Positions 7,512-16,581 of a stretch of 32,000 nt of DNA are shown here, one piece after another. The stretch covers positions 17,234-49,233 of the forward strand of contig JACXUG010000001.1 of NCBI GenBank assembly GCA_014764065.1, in the 5' to 3' direction. A program made the translations under genes and the position numbers. The stretch comes from Campylobacterales bacterium (GTDB taxonomy: Bacteria > Campylobacterota > Campylobacteria > Campylobacterales > Sulfurimonadaceae). Under the pieces are notes generated by a model. That model was not told the DNA's origin, did no database searches, and worked only from the letters and a program-made list of their open reading frames with translations. Position 1 is the first letter of the stretch, and every line of letters starts with the position of its first letter.

Positions 7512-8840
7512 ATGAAAATCTCCGTCATCGGAACGGGCTACGTCGGATTGGTCAGCGGGACCTGTTTTGCGCAGATGGGCAACAGCGTCACCTGTGTGGA
7601 TATCGATGAGGCGAAAATCGCGAAACTGCGCGAGGGGATCATCCCGATCTACGAACCGGGCCTGGAGACGATGGTGCTTGAGAACCATAAGAAGGGGACG
7701 CTGACGTTCACGACCGACATCAAAGAGGCGATCGCCTCGACCGATGTCGCCTTTATCGCCGTGGGGACCCCGATGGGCGAAGACGGCAGCGCGGACCTGC
7801 AGTACGTGCTGGCCGTCGCCAAAAGCATCGGCGAGCATATGCAGCACTACATGGTCGTCGTCGACAAATCGACCGTGCCCGTCGGAACCGCGGACAAGGT
7901 GAAAGCCGCGATCCGGGCGGAGCTGGACAAGCGCGGTGTCGACCTGGAGTTCGACGTCGTCTCCAACCCGGAGTTCCTCAAAGAGGGCGCCGCCATCGAG
8001 GACTTCATGCACCCTGACCGCGTCGTCATCGGCGCCGAGAGCGAGCAGGCGATGGCGGTGATGCACGACCTATACGCCCCCTTTATGAAGAAGAGCGACC
8101 GCTTTATCGGGATGGATATCAAGAGCGCCGAGATGACCAAGTACGCCGCGAACGCGATGCTCGCGACGAAGATCAGCTTTATGAACGAAATGGCCAATAT
8201 CTGCGAACGCGTCGGTGCGGACGTGAATAAGGTGCGTCACGGTATCGGCAGTGACAGCCGCATCGGCTACAGCTTCATCTACCCGGGCTGCGGCTACGGC
8301 GGGAGCTGTTTCCCCAAGGATGTCCAGGCCCTTGCCAAAACGGCCAAGGATTTCGGCTATACCCCGCGGATCCTCGACGCCGTCGAGGCGGTGAACTACG
8401 ACCAGAAGATGGTGATCGCGCAGAAGGTGATCAAGCGCTTCGGCGAGGATCTCTCACACCTTACCTTCGGCATCTGGGGCCTAGCGTTCAAACCGGAAAC
8501 GGACGATATGCGCGAAGCCTCCGCCATCACGATCATCAACGCCCTCACGGCGCGCGGTGCGAAGATCAAGGCGTACGACCCCAAAGCCCGCCACGAGGCG
8601 GAGAGCCACTACCTCAAAGGCAATGAAAGCGTCGAATACGTCGACAGCAAGTACGATGCGCTGACCGATGCCGACGCGCTCATCCTCGTCACGGAGTGGC
8701 AGGAGTTCCGCAGCCCCGACTTCGACGAGATCGACAAACGCCTCAAAAGCCCCATCTTCTTTGACGGCCGCAACCAGTTCGACAAGGAGCGCATGGCGCG
8801 CCTCGGCTTCGAGTACTTCCAGATCGGGGTTGAAATATGA
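7512..8840 (+). CDS. ugd: UDP-glucose 6-dehydrogenase
   Basis: [20 protein letters not shown] is an NAD-binding fold. The catalytic Cys region is [12 protein letters not shown]. 442 aa. RBS AAGGA. Confidence 0.92.
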   Translation: MKISVIGTGYVGLVSGTCFAQMGNSVTCVDIDEAKIAKLREGIIPIYEPGLETMVLENHKKGTLTFTTDIKEAIASTDVAFIAVGTPMGEDGSADLQYVLAVAKSIGEHMQHYMVVVDKSTVPVGTADKVKAAIRAELDKRGVDLEFDVVSNPEFLKEGAAIEDFMHPDRVVIGAESEQAMAVMHDLYAPFMKKSDRFIGMDIKSAEMTKYAANAMLATKISFMNEMANICERVGADVNKVRHGIGSDSRIGYSFIYPGCGYGGSCFPKDVQALAKTAKDFGYTPRILDAVEAVNYDQKMVIAQKVIKRFGEDLSHLTFGIWGLAFKPETDDMREASAITIINALTARGAKIKAYDPKARHEAESHYLKGNESVEYVDSKYDALTDADALILVTEWQEFRSPDFDEIDKRLKSPIFFDGRNQFDKERMARLGFEYFQIGVEI

Positions 8841-9706
8841 AAGGCATTATTTTAGCCGGCGGCAGCGGGACGCGGCTCTACCCGATCACAAAGGGTGTTT
8901 CCAAACAGCTACTCCCGGTCTACGATAAGCCGATGATCTACTATCCGCTTTCGGTATTGATGCTCGCCGGGATCCGGGAGGTACTGATTATCTCCACTCC
9001 AAAGGACCTGCCGCGGTTTCAGGAGTTGCTTGGCGACGGCAGCGATATTGGAATGCGTTTCGAATATGTCGTACAGCCAGAGCCTGAAGGGCTGGCGCAG
9101 GCATTTATTCTCGGTGAAACCTTCATCGGGAGTGAGAGCGTCTGCCTCGTACTGGGGGACAATATTTTTTTCGGGCAGAACTTTACGCGTATCCTTCGTC
9201 AGGCCGCTTCCCGCGAAAAAGGTGCGACGGTTTTCGGTTACAAGGTCAAGGACCCCAGGCGTTTCGGCGTAGTCGCTTTCGATGAGAAGAACCGCGCTAT
9301 TTCGATCGAGGAGAAACCGGAAAAACCGAAGTCCAATTTTGCCGTAACGGGGCTCTATTTCTACGACAACGACGTCGTTGAGATCGCCAAAGGGATTACA
9401 CCCTCGGAGCGGAATGAACTGGAAATTACGGATATCAACAGGGTGTACATGGAACGCGGAGAGCTGCAGGTGGAACTGATGGGACGTGGATATGCCTGGT
9501 TGGATACGGGAACACATAACAGTCTGCTCGACGCAGGACAATTTGTCCAGACAATCGAGCAACGGCAGGGATACAAGATCGCCTGTATCGAGGAGATCGC
9601 CTATGCCAACGGCTGGATCGATGACGAGCAGGTGAGAAAACTCGCCGAACCGCTCAAGAAGACGGAGTACGGGCAGTATCTGATCGAACTGGTGGAGGAG
9701 AGATGA
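8837..9706 (+). CDS. rfbA: Glucose-1-phosphate thymidylyltransferase
   Basis: [46 protein letters not shown] is near-canonical RmlA. 289 aa. ATGA overlap with ugd. Confidence 0.93.
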   Translation: MKGIILAGGSGTRLYPITKGVSKQLLPVYDKPMIYYPLSVLMLAGIREVLIISTPKDLPRFQELLGDGSDIGMRFEYVVQPEPEGLAQAFILGETFIGSESVCLVLGDNIFFGQNFTRILRQAASREKGATVFGYKVKDPRRFGVVAFDEKNRAISIEEKPEKPKSNFAVTGLYFYDNDVVEIAKGITPSERNELEITDINRVYMERGELQVELMGRGYAWLDTGTHNSLLDAGQFVQTIEQRQGYKIACIEEIAYANGWIDDEQVRKLAEPLKKTEYGQYLIELVEER

Positions 9707-10716
9707 CAACGATTCTCGTCACCGGCAGTGCCGGCTTCATCGGGAGCAACTTCGTTCCCTATTTCCTGGAGAAGTATCCGGAGTACCACCTCGTCAACCT
9801 GGACCTGCTGACCTACGCGGGCAACCTGGAGAACCTCAAAGAGGTGGAGGGGAGTGATCGCTACACCTTCGTGGAGGGCGATATCTGCGACCGCGCCCTC
9901 GTCGAGCGGATCTTCGTGGATTTCGATATCAGAGGTGTCATCCATTTTGCGGCGGAGAGCCATGTGGACAACTCCATCGCCAATCCGGGGGTTTTTATCG
10001 AGACGAACGTGAACGGCACCTTCACCCTGATCGACGTCGCCTACAAGAAGTGGATGCACAAACCCTTCGTTTACAAGGAGGGGTACGAGGGGTGCCGCTT
10101 CCATCATATCTCGACCGACGAAGTGTACGGGAGCCTCGGAGCGGAGGGGTTCTTTACCGAGGCGACCCCGTATGCCCCGAACTCCCCCTACAGTGCCTCA
10201 AAAGCTGGCAGTGACATGGTCGTACGCAGCTACCACCACACCTATGGAATGGCGACCGTCATTACGAACTGTTCGAACAACTACGGCCCGAAACAGCATG
10301 ACGAGAAACTGATCCCGACGATCATCCGTAAAGCACTCGCGGGAGAGTCCATCCCCATCTACGGCGACGGCAAGAACATCCGCGACTGGCTTTACGTGCT
10401 CGATCACTGCAAGGGGATCGACCTGGCCTACCACAAAGGACGCAGCGGGGAGGTCTACAATATCGGCGGCCGCAACGAGCGGACGAACAACTACATCGCG
10501 GACAAGGTATGCGAGATCCTCGATGAGCTCAAACCGAAACCGGGCGGCAGCTACAAAGAGTTGATCAGTTTTGTCGAGGACCGGGCCGGGCACGACCGCC
10601 GATATGCCATCGATGCGACGAAGATCGAGACGGAGCTCGGATGGAGAGCCGATGAGCATTTCGAAAGCGGAATCGTCAAGACTGTGGAATGGTATTTGAA
10701 GCGGGCGTTGCGATGA
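9703..10716 (+). CDS. rfbB: dTDP-glucose 4,6-dehydratase
   Basis: [22 protein letters not shown] and YSASKAG are RmlB SDR motifs. 337 aa. ATGA overlap with rfbA. Confidence 0.93.
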   Translation: MTTILVTGSAGFIGSNFVPYFLEKYPEYHLVNLDLLTYAGNLENLKEVEGSDRYTFVEGDICDRALVERIFVDFDIRGVIHFAAESHVDNSIANPGVFIETNVNGTFTLIDVAYKKWMHKPFVYKEGYEGCRFHHISTDEVYGSLGAEGFFTEATPYAPNSPYSASKAGSDMVVRSYHHTYGMATVITNCSNNYGPKQHDEKLIPTIIRKALAGESIPIYGDGKNIRDWLYVLDHCKGIDLAYHKGRSGEVYNIGGRNERTNNYIADKVCEILDELKPKPGGSYKELISFVEDRAGHDRRYAIDATKIETELGWRADEHFESGIVKTVEWYLKRALR

Positions 10717-11408
10717 TAGTGCAGAATGAGACACTGGCATTGTTTCAGGCTTTCCTTAATGAGGTCCGCCTTAAAAAGCCCTCTCTGGTCCAGCTGCGTC
10801 ACCGTCCCATCAGTGAGGAGTATGCATTTCACGGTGATTATGACTTTACTCTTCCGCAAGAGCAGCGTGAGGCCTTCCTGACACTGCTGTTTGAGATGGC
10901 GAGCGATGCCGCTATCGCGTTCGGTGTTGACCAGACGAAGAGCGGGAAACTGAAACTGCTTCTCTACGATACGGAATCACCTGCGTTTATTACGCTGGAG
11001 ATCTGGAACCACCTGCAGGTCCATGACCCGGAAGGCAAGTCGCTCAAACGGATATTCTGGGAAGATCTTGCGCCCATGCTCGGTGCAGCGGAATCAGGGA
11101 GGATGATACTTCCTTTCCCCATAGAAGCCCTCTATTACCTTTCGCATCTTTACACGAAGAACAAGCGTCTTGATGCGGAGGAAGTGTCGCGGCGTGTCGC
11201 GTATTATCTGCAGGAAACGGGAGCGCGCAGAGAGGAGATTATCGCGGCACTCTTCCGGGGGTTGCCTTCACGGGGGGTCAAGGCCGTCGCCCACGAGGAG
11301 AACCGCGAACTGATGGTGCTGGGCATTCTGCGCGGACGGGGTGACAAAACACGCTATTGGGAGGAGAAGCGCGCGCGCTTCCTTGAAGAGTGGCCCGTTT
11401 CTGGATGA
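10713..11408 (+). CDS. Uncharacterised 231-aa protein, no confident family assignment
   Basis: ATG 10713 forms an ATGA overlap with the rfbB stop, and the gene's own stop forms an ATGA overlap with the next gene. The protein is soluble-looking. A weak GDYDFTL / ITLEIWNHL pattern is reminiscent of minimal nucleotidyltransferase folds but is not convincing. Confidence 0.6.
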   Translation: MIVQNETLALFQAFLNEVRLKKPSLVQLRHRPISEEYAFHGDYDFTLPQEQREAFLTLLFEMASDAAIAFGVDQTKSGKLKLLLYDTESPAFITLEIWNHLQVHDPEGKSLKRIFWEDLAPMLGAAESGRMILPFPIEALYYLSHLYTKNKRLDAEEVSRRVAYYLQETGARREEIIAALFRGLPSRGVKAVAHEENRELMVLGILRGRGDKTRYWEEKRARFLEEWPVSG

Positions 11409-12778
11409 AAAAATGCACCAACCGCAGGCTGATCCCCTTTATCGGGCCTGACGGCGTCGGCAAGACGACGCTGATCGAAGCGACATGCAGCGCCGCAGGC
11501 AAAGCCTCGTATTACCGTTTCAAGAAGATGTTCCGGAAGTCCCTGCTCTACAAAGCGGTCCTGCCCGTGATGCGCCTGCGGACGAAAAAAGCGATGGGCT
11601 TTACGCCCCAGAAGAACCAGATCGACGATTACTGCGGCGGCGCGGTACTGGGGATCGCACTGTTGCGTTACCCGCTGCTGTGGCTGCAGACATGGCTGAA
11701 GGGCTACCTGCTTTCTAACCGGTACTATTTCGACTTTCTGCTGAAAAACAGCCGCTTCGAGGGACATGAGAGCGAACTAATCGCCCGGAACGGTTTCCGG
11801 GAACCTTTCAAGTTCTTCACGGCGCCGACGGCCGAGCGCATAGCGCAGACGTACCGTCCGACTGACGGAAAACAGCGTCAATCCGTTTCGCGTACGAAAA
11901 ATATCGTGGTCTTTCTTCAGAATCGGGACTTCTTCGGTGCGCAGATCTGCCATATCCCGTTTCTGGAAGCGTTGCGAAAGGTCTACCCGGGACGGAAGAT
12001 CCATCTTGTTTCGAAGCACAAGATTTCCTACCTGTTCAAAGAGCTCGGGCTGGCGGATGAGGTGATCCTTGAATCGGGCAAAGTGGAACTTGCCTTACGC
12101 TACTTTGCGCTTGCGCCGGAGATCACCCTGAACCTTCGGCGCCAGTCGGGTTTCGTCAATACCCTTGTCGGCCTGGGGAGCGTTCAGACGAAAATCGGGT
12201 TTACCTCCCCGATAAGCAGAAAGCTCTTTACACGGACTCGGACGTATGAGACGGGCGTCTACCGGGCGCAGAACTATCTGCGACTGCTCGACAGGGAGAT
12301 GGAAGAGACGCATTTTTCCGAAGGGAATGAGATCCTGATCATGCCCGGTGCCGGCGGTGAACACAAGATCTGGCCGTTGGCAAATTATCTCGATGTTGCG
12401 CGGGTACTCTCCGCACGCCACCCCGTTCTGAAAATAGGTTTTGTTCTGGGTGCCAAAGAGAAGGGAATGCGGGAGGCGATAGCGCAAAGCGGTTTCGCGG
12501 TCTATGACAATCTGGACATCCGGGCGCTTGTCGAGATAGTGAAACGCGCCAAGTGCGTCATCGCGAACGACTGCGGTCCGTCCCATATTGCACAGATCTA
12601 CAAAAAGCGGAGCGTCATTCTTTACAGCGACGAGACTTACTCTGCGCGCAGAACGATTGATGAGTGGTTTCACAAACATGACAGGGCCGTTGCCCTGATC
12701 GGCGAGGCCGGCGCTCCGATTGATATGATTCCCGTTACGGAGGTCGTGGCGAACGTCGAGCAGCTGCTCTGCTGCTGA
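11405..12778 (+). CDS. Fusion protein: N-terminal P-loop NTPase/kinase-like domain plus C-terminal GT9 heptosyltransferase-like domain
   Basis: Residues 1 to about 165 carry Walker A FIGPDGVGKTT and an NRYYFD segment resembling the DRY.D of thymidylate-kinase-like proteins. Residues from about 170 to 457 have GT9 hallmarks (IVVFLQNRDFFGAQICHIPFLEALRKVYP, IMPGAGGEHKIWP, IANDCGPSHIAQ). A single uninterrupted frame. Confidence 0.7.
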   Translation: MKKCTNRRLIPFIGPDGVGKTTLIEATCSAAGKASYYRFKKMFRKSLLYKAVLPVMRLRTKKAMGFTPQKNQIDDYCGGAVLGIALLRYPLLWLQTWLKGYLLSNRYYFDFLLKNSRFEGHESELIARNGFREPFKFFTAPTAERIAQTYRPTDGKQRQSVSRTKNIVVFLQNRDFFGAQICHIPFLEALRKVYPGRKIHLVSKHKISYLFKELGLADEVILESGKVELALRYFALAPEITLNLRRQSGFVNTLVGLGSVQTKIGFTSPISRKLFTRTRTYETGVYRAQNYLRLLDREMEETHFSEGNEILIMPGAGGEHKIWPLANYLDVARVLSARHPVLKIGFVLGAKEKGMREAIAQSGFAVYDNLDIRALVEIVKRAKCVIANDCGPSHIAQIYKKRSVILYSDETYSARRTIDEWFHKHDRAVALIGEAGAPIDMIPVTEVVANVEQLLCC

Positions 12779-12782
12779 GGGG

Positions 12783-13835
12783 CTACTGATTATAGCAGGA
12801 ACGGTAGAGCTGCTTGTACCGATCCGTCATTGCGCCGGGCGAAAAATGCTCAAGCTGAGTACGTGCCGCTTCGACAAGGCGCTCCCGCAGCGCAGTATCC
12901 AGGTAGAGACGTTCAACGGCGGCAGCCAGCGCATCGGCGTCGCCCGGCGGAACGAGCAGCCCGTTCTCTTCATGGTGTATGATATCGGGGATACCGCCGA
13001 CGTTTGAAGCGACGATGGGGACGTCGAACTGCATGGCGTCGAAGAGGATGGAGCCCAGCCCTTCATAGCGTGAGGGGAAGGCGAAGAGGTCGAAGCATTT
13101 GAGGTAGTCGCCGACGTTGTTGACGAACCCTTCGAAGGTGACGTTCGGGAGATCCGCCGCTGCCGCTTTGAGCTGCGCTTCGTCCTGACCGCCGCCAAGC
13201 AGCACAGCATGGATGTCCGGTTGTGTCTGTGCCAGGAGACGGGCGGCTTCGATGAGCACGGCCTGGCCTTTGTGTGCATCGACGAGCGCGCCGATATGTC
13301 CTACGATGAATTTTCCCTCAAACCGGCTTTTCAATTTGCCGACACTCTCCTCATCGAATGCGAGACGGCTCCAGGCGCTGGGGATGATGGCAACATCGGT
13401 CTCCGGGACGATCTTTCGGATCTCCATTTTGATGGCTTCGGAGAGGGCAACGCACTGCGCGGCGGAGGCGTAAATCGCCCGGTTGAAAGCGTTGTTCGTG
13501 ATGGCGTGGTCGACCCGGCGCGTGACAATGTAGGGGATGCCGAGGAGGCGTCTGCCAAACAGGGCGAACTGCGCCGCCTTCGTTTCATGCGCATGCAGCA
13601 GGGCTGCCCCCTTGAGACGGGCCAGGTGAAAGGCGTAGGGTTTGCCAATCTCGAGGACGGTGAGGTTTTCGATGCCCCGGCAGCGCCGCCCCAGTTCCGA
13701 GCCTTTGCGTACCAGCAGCCGCTGGCGGTAGCCCCGCGCTGCGAGCGTTTCGATCAGCAGCTGCGTCTGCCGCTCGCCCCCGCGGAACCCTTTGGCAAAG
13801 TTGGCGTGGGCGATAAGCGCTCCGGGGTGCTGCAT
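12783..13835 (-). CDS. Glycosyltransferase family 4 (group 1)
   Basis: C-terminal EX7E-type region EGLGSILFDAMQFDVPIVASNVGGIPDIIHHEENGLLV. 350 aa. RBS GAGAGGAAAG. Confidence 0.85.
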   Translation of the reverse strand: MQHPGALIAHANFAKGFRGGERQTQLLIETLAARGYRQRLLVRKGSELGRRCRGIENLTVLEIGKPYAFHLARLKGAALLHAHETKAAQFALFGRRLLGIPYIVTRRVDHAITNNAFNRAIYASAAQCVALSEAIKMEIRKIVPETDVAIIPSAWSRLAFDEESVGKLKSRFEGKFIVGHIGALVDAHKGQAVLIEAARLLAQTQPDIHAVLLGGGQDEAQLKAAAADLPNVTFEGFVNNVGDYLKCFDLFAFPSRYEGLGSILFDAMQFDVPIVASNVGGIPDIIHHEENGLLVPPGDADALAAAVERLYLDTALRERLVEAARTQLEHFSPGAMTDRYKQLYRSCYNQ

Positions 13836-13973
13836 CGTAACTTTCCTCTCTCACTGCATATTCCGGACGTATCCGAAGGGTAACCGGATCGTGCCGGAAG
13901 GATGTCGTATGGTACTGTAACATTGCAAAAAAAATCACGATATCCCGCTGCCGGGGATGAAGGATGATTGGTG

Positions 13974-14999
13974 ATGCTTAACCGCCGTTACCTACGGATC
14001 GATGCGGACAGAAACAGCAAGTTTACCTACTACATGCGCAACGTGCTCGCCTACCCGATTCCGGGTATTTTCTTCCGTCGGCACCTCGATTCTCTGCTGG
14101 AGAGAGGGAGAGCGGATGCGGAAGTGCAGGAGCGGTTGCACTACTATAACCGCTGTGACACGCCGTTTCGTCTGGGAAGCGACGCCGACACACTCGATGC
14201 TTTCAGAAAGGCGAAAAAAAAGACCTACTTTTTCGATCTTTACGAATGGTGGCGCTATTTCCGCCCCGAGTACCGCTGCGCCTACCTCTTCGGGGATATC
14301 ACCCACGTGCCGCCGCAGCCGACCCTGGTCAAAAGCCGCCCTATCGACGGGGACAACCGCAATTCGGTGCTGATGAACCTGAACAAAGTACGTCACTTTG
14401 TCTTCGTGAACGACAGGGTGCCGTTCGAGGCGAAAAAGAGTATGGCTGTCTGGCGCGGCAAGGCGTACGGAGAGCACCGCAAGGCGTTCGTGCAGCGTTA
14501 TTACGATCGCCCGTTTTGCGATATCGGACAGACGAATACGAAGTTCGAGCGGGACGTGCCCTGGCAGAAGGGGCGAATGACGCTCAAAGAGCAGTTGCAG
14601 TACAAATTCATCGTCTCCATCGAAGGCAATGATGTCGCCTCGAACCTCAAATGGATTATGTCCTCCAACTCGCTGGCGTTTATGGCCCGGCCCAAATACG
14701 AGACCTGGTTCATGGAAGGCACCCTCATCCCCAATTACCACTATGTCCTGCTCAAGGATGACTATTCGGATCTGGAGGAGAAGATCGCCTACTACAGCGC
14801 CCACCCGGAGGAGGCGAAGGCCATCATCGCCAACGCCCACCGCCACGTGGCCCGGTTCCAGGACAGAGCGCGTGAGGCTATTCTTTCGGTTTCGGTACTG
14901 GAGAAGTATTTTGAGCGTTCGGGACAGCTGGAGGCGGAACGCCGGCGTGCAGGGCGGAGATGGCTCGCCTTCCTCCGGTCGGCGCTGTTTGGGGTATGA
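13974..14999 (+). CDS. Glycosyltransferase family 90 (CAP10/LpsA-like LPS glycosyltransferase)
   Basis: WRGKAYG..R, YKFIVSIEGNDVASNLKWIMSSNSLAFM and NYHYVLLKDDYSDLEEKI match the CAP10-domain pattern. ATG 13974 is preferred over TTG 13968 (GAAGGA lies 9 nt upstream). Confidence 0.72.
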   Translation: MLNRRYLRIDADRNSKFTYYMRNVLAYPIPGIFFRRHLDSLLERGRADAEVQERLHYYNRCDTPFRLGSDADTLDAFRKAKKKTYFFDLYEWWRYFRPEYRCAYLFGDITHVPPQPTLVKSRPIDGDNRNSVLMNLNKVRHFVFVNDRVPFEAKKSMAVWRGKAYGEHRKAFVQRYYDRPFCDIGQTNTKFERDVPWQKGRMTLKEQLQYKFIVSIEGNDVASNLKWIMSSNSLAFMARPKYETWFMEGTLIPNYHYVLLKDDYSDLEEKIAYYSAHPEEAKAIIANAHRHVARFQDRAREAILSVSVLEKYFERSGQLEAERRRAGRRWLAFLRSALFGV

Positions 15000-15005
15000 A
15001 GGGGC

Positions 15006-15809
15006 TTACTTCTTCCCTTTGAGGCGTTTTTTGAAGTTGACGATCGCTTTGGTCTTGCGGTCGAAAGCGGCGATGGCTTTCAGCGCCAGGACCTCGTCGA
15101 TGCCGCGTAGTTCGGCGTAGACCCTCCCCATCAGGGCGAGGTCATCGGGCTGAGCCCAGAGCTTGCTGAAGTTTTTCAGCCCTTCAAGAGGGCCGATGGG
15201 GCGGAACTGCATGCGGTTGATATCGACGAGCATAAAGGTGTAGGCCCCGTTTTCTTTACGTATCAGGATATTCCCGGGGGAGTAATCCTCGTGCCAGACC
15301 CCTTTTTCGTGGAGGCTGCAGGTAAAGGCCGTAAAGGCACGGAGGATCGCCTCCACATCATTATCCTTTACCTCATGATGCAGTACCTCCCGGATCGTAA
15401 AATCGTAGGGCTCGTACTTCGAGATGAAGAAGCTTTGCGCGAAGAGCCCGCGCTCGAAGAATTCGATATGGCCGATGGGTTGGGGAGTCGGGACATCCAG
15501 TGCCTGCAGCCGGACGGCGTTGTTGTAGGATTTTTTGGCTTTCGAATCGCGTAGATAGGCATAGACGAATCGGTTGAGCAGGTGGGGGACCTTGAACGAT
15601 TTGATGACGGTCTGCATGCCGTGCAGGGGGACAATCCGCAGTTCGTTGCGCGCTTTGTGGATGCTCTCATTCGAGGAGGCGAACTGCTCCTTGACCGCGA
15701 GCAGCGCGTTTTCGAAGTCGGTATAGTCGGGATGGGTGGTGTAGTTAACAGGCAACCGAGGCCCCTTTTTATGACGGTGTAATAGTGATTGGGTTAAGAT
15801 TTTCATCAT
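15006..15809 (-). CDS. Lipopolysaccharide kinase (Kdo/WaaP family)
   Basis: Catalytic-loop-like GVWHEDYSPGNILI and FMLVDINRMQF. Start chosen at MMKILTQ (15809). The track start at 15875 adds a hydrophobic stretch encoded antisense to the conserved N-terminus of the neighbouring GT2, which is probably spurious. Confidence 0.72.
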   Translation of the reverse strand: MMKILTQSLLHRHKKGPRLPVNYTTHPDYTDFENALLAVKEQFASSNESIHKARNELRIVPLHGMQTVIKSFKVPHLLNRFVYAYLRDSKAKKSYNNAVRLQALDVPTPQPIGHIEFFERGLFAQSFFISKYEPYDFTIREVLHHEVKDNDVEAILRAFTAFTCSLHEKGVWHEDYSPGNILIRKENGAYTFMLVDINRMQFRPIGPLEGLKNFSKLWAQPDDLALMGRVYAELRGIDEVLALKAIAAFDRKTKAIVNFKKRLKGKK

Positions 15810-15822
15810 TTTCGGGGACACG

Positions 15823-16581
15823 ATGAAAAAACAGATTACGGCCAATATTATAACACTCAACGAGGAAAAGAACATTGAAGCGGTGATCCGTTCGGTGCTT
15901 CCCGTGTGCGATGAGGTCCTCGTCGTCGACTCCCAGAGCAGCGACCGTACCCGCGAGATCGCTGAAAGCCTCGGGGCGAAAGTCGTCGTGCAGCCCTACC
16001 TCGGTGACGGTCCCCAGAAGGCCTTCGGCGCCCCGCTGGCGTCGAACGACTGGATCCTCAGCATTGATGCCGATGAGCGTCTGGACGCGAATGCCGTCAC
16101 GGCGATTGCGGCACTCGACCTCGATCAGACCCCCTATGACGCCTTCTCTTTCAGGCGAAAGACCTTCGTCGGGAAGCACTTCATCAAGGTCTGGTACCCC
16201 GACCGCGTCGCCCGGCTTTACGATCGGCGGAAATGCGGCTACTCGCAGGCGATAGGGCATGCGCGGGTTGAAACAGCAAACGTCAAAGCGCTGGATGCGG
16301 ATATGCTGCACTACTCCTTTGACGATTATGCCCACCTGATGCGCACGACGGAGAAGTTTGCCGCGCGGGGGGCGAAGATGCTGTACGAGAAAGGGAAACG
16401 GGCATCCTGGTACGACCCCTTCACGCACGGCTTCTCCAACTGCTTCAAAAAGCTCGTGATGAAGGGGGGGATGTTCCACGGGATCCCGGGCTGGACCGTC
16501 TCCATCCATTCGGGTTACCACACGTACATGAAATATGTCATGCTGCTGGAACTGCAGGAAAAAGCCGGGGAGAGCGAATGA
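15823..16581 (+). CDS. Glycosyltransferase family 2, WaaE/KdtX-like LPS core glycosyltransferase
   Basis: ANIITLNEEKNIEAVIRSVLPVCDEVLVVDSQSSDRTREIAESLGAKV, then DADERL, and a C-terminal GGMFHGIPGW region typical of the WaaE group. Confidence 0.8.
   Translation: MKKQITANIITLNEEKNIEAVIRSVLPVCDEVLVVDSQSSDRTREIAESLGAKVVVQPYLGDGPQKAFGAPLASNDWILSIDADERLDANAVTAIAALDLDQTPYDAFSFRRKTFVGKHFIKVWYPDRVARLYDRRKCGYSQAIGHARVETANVKALDADMLHYSFDDYAHLMRTTEKFAARGAKMLYEKGKRASWYDPFTHGFSNCFKKLVMKGGMFHGIPGWTVSIHSGYHTYMKYVMLLELQEKAGESE

Noticed and set aside
8909-10740. Minus-strand ORFs 8909..9709, 9601..10107 and 10198..10740 antisense to rfbA and rfbB.
   Set aside because: Same reasoning: they are shadows of strongly recognisable genes.
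15810-15875. Upstream start (15875) for the LPS kinase, which would give a hydrophobic N-terminal extension MFFSSLSVIILAVICFFIVSPK.
   Set aside because: The extension is encoded antisense to the conserved N-terminus of the GT2 gene and has no RBS. It would create a 53-nt head-on coding overlap. I kept it as an alternative in a finding, not as the call.
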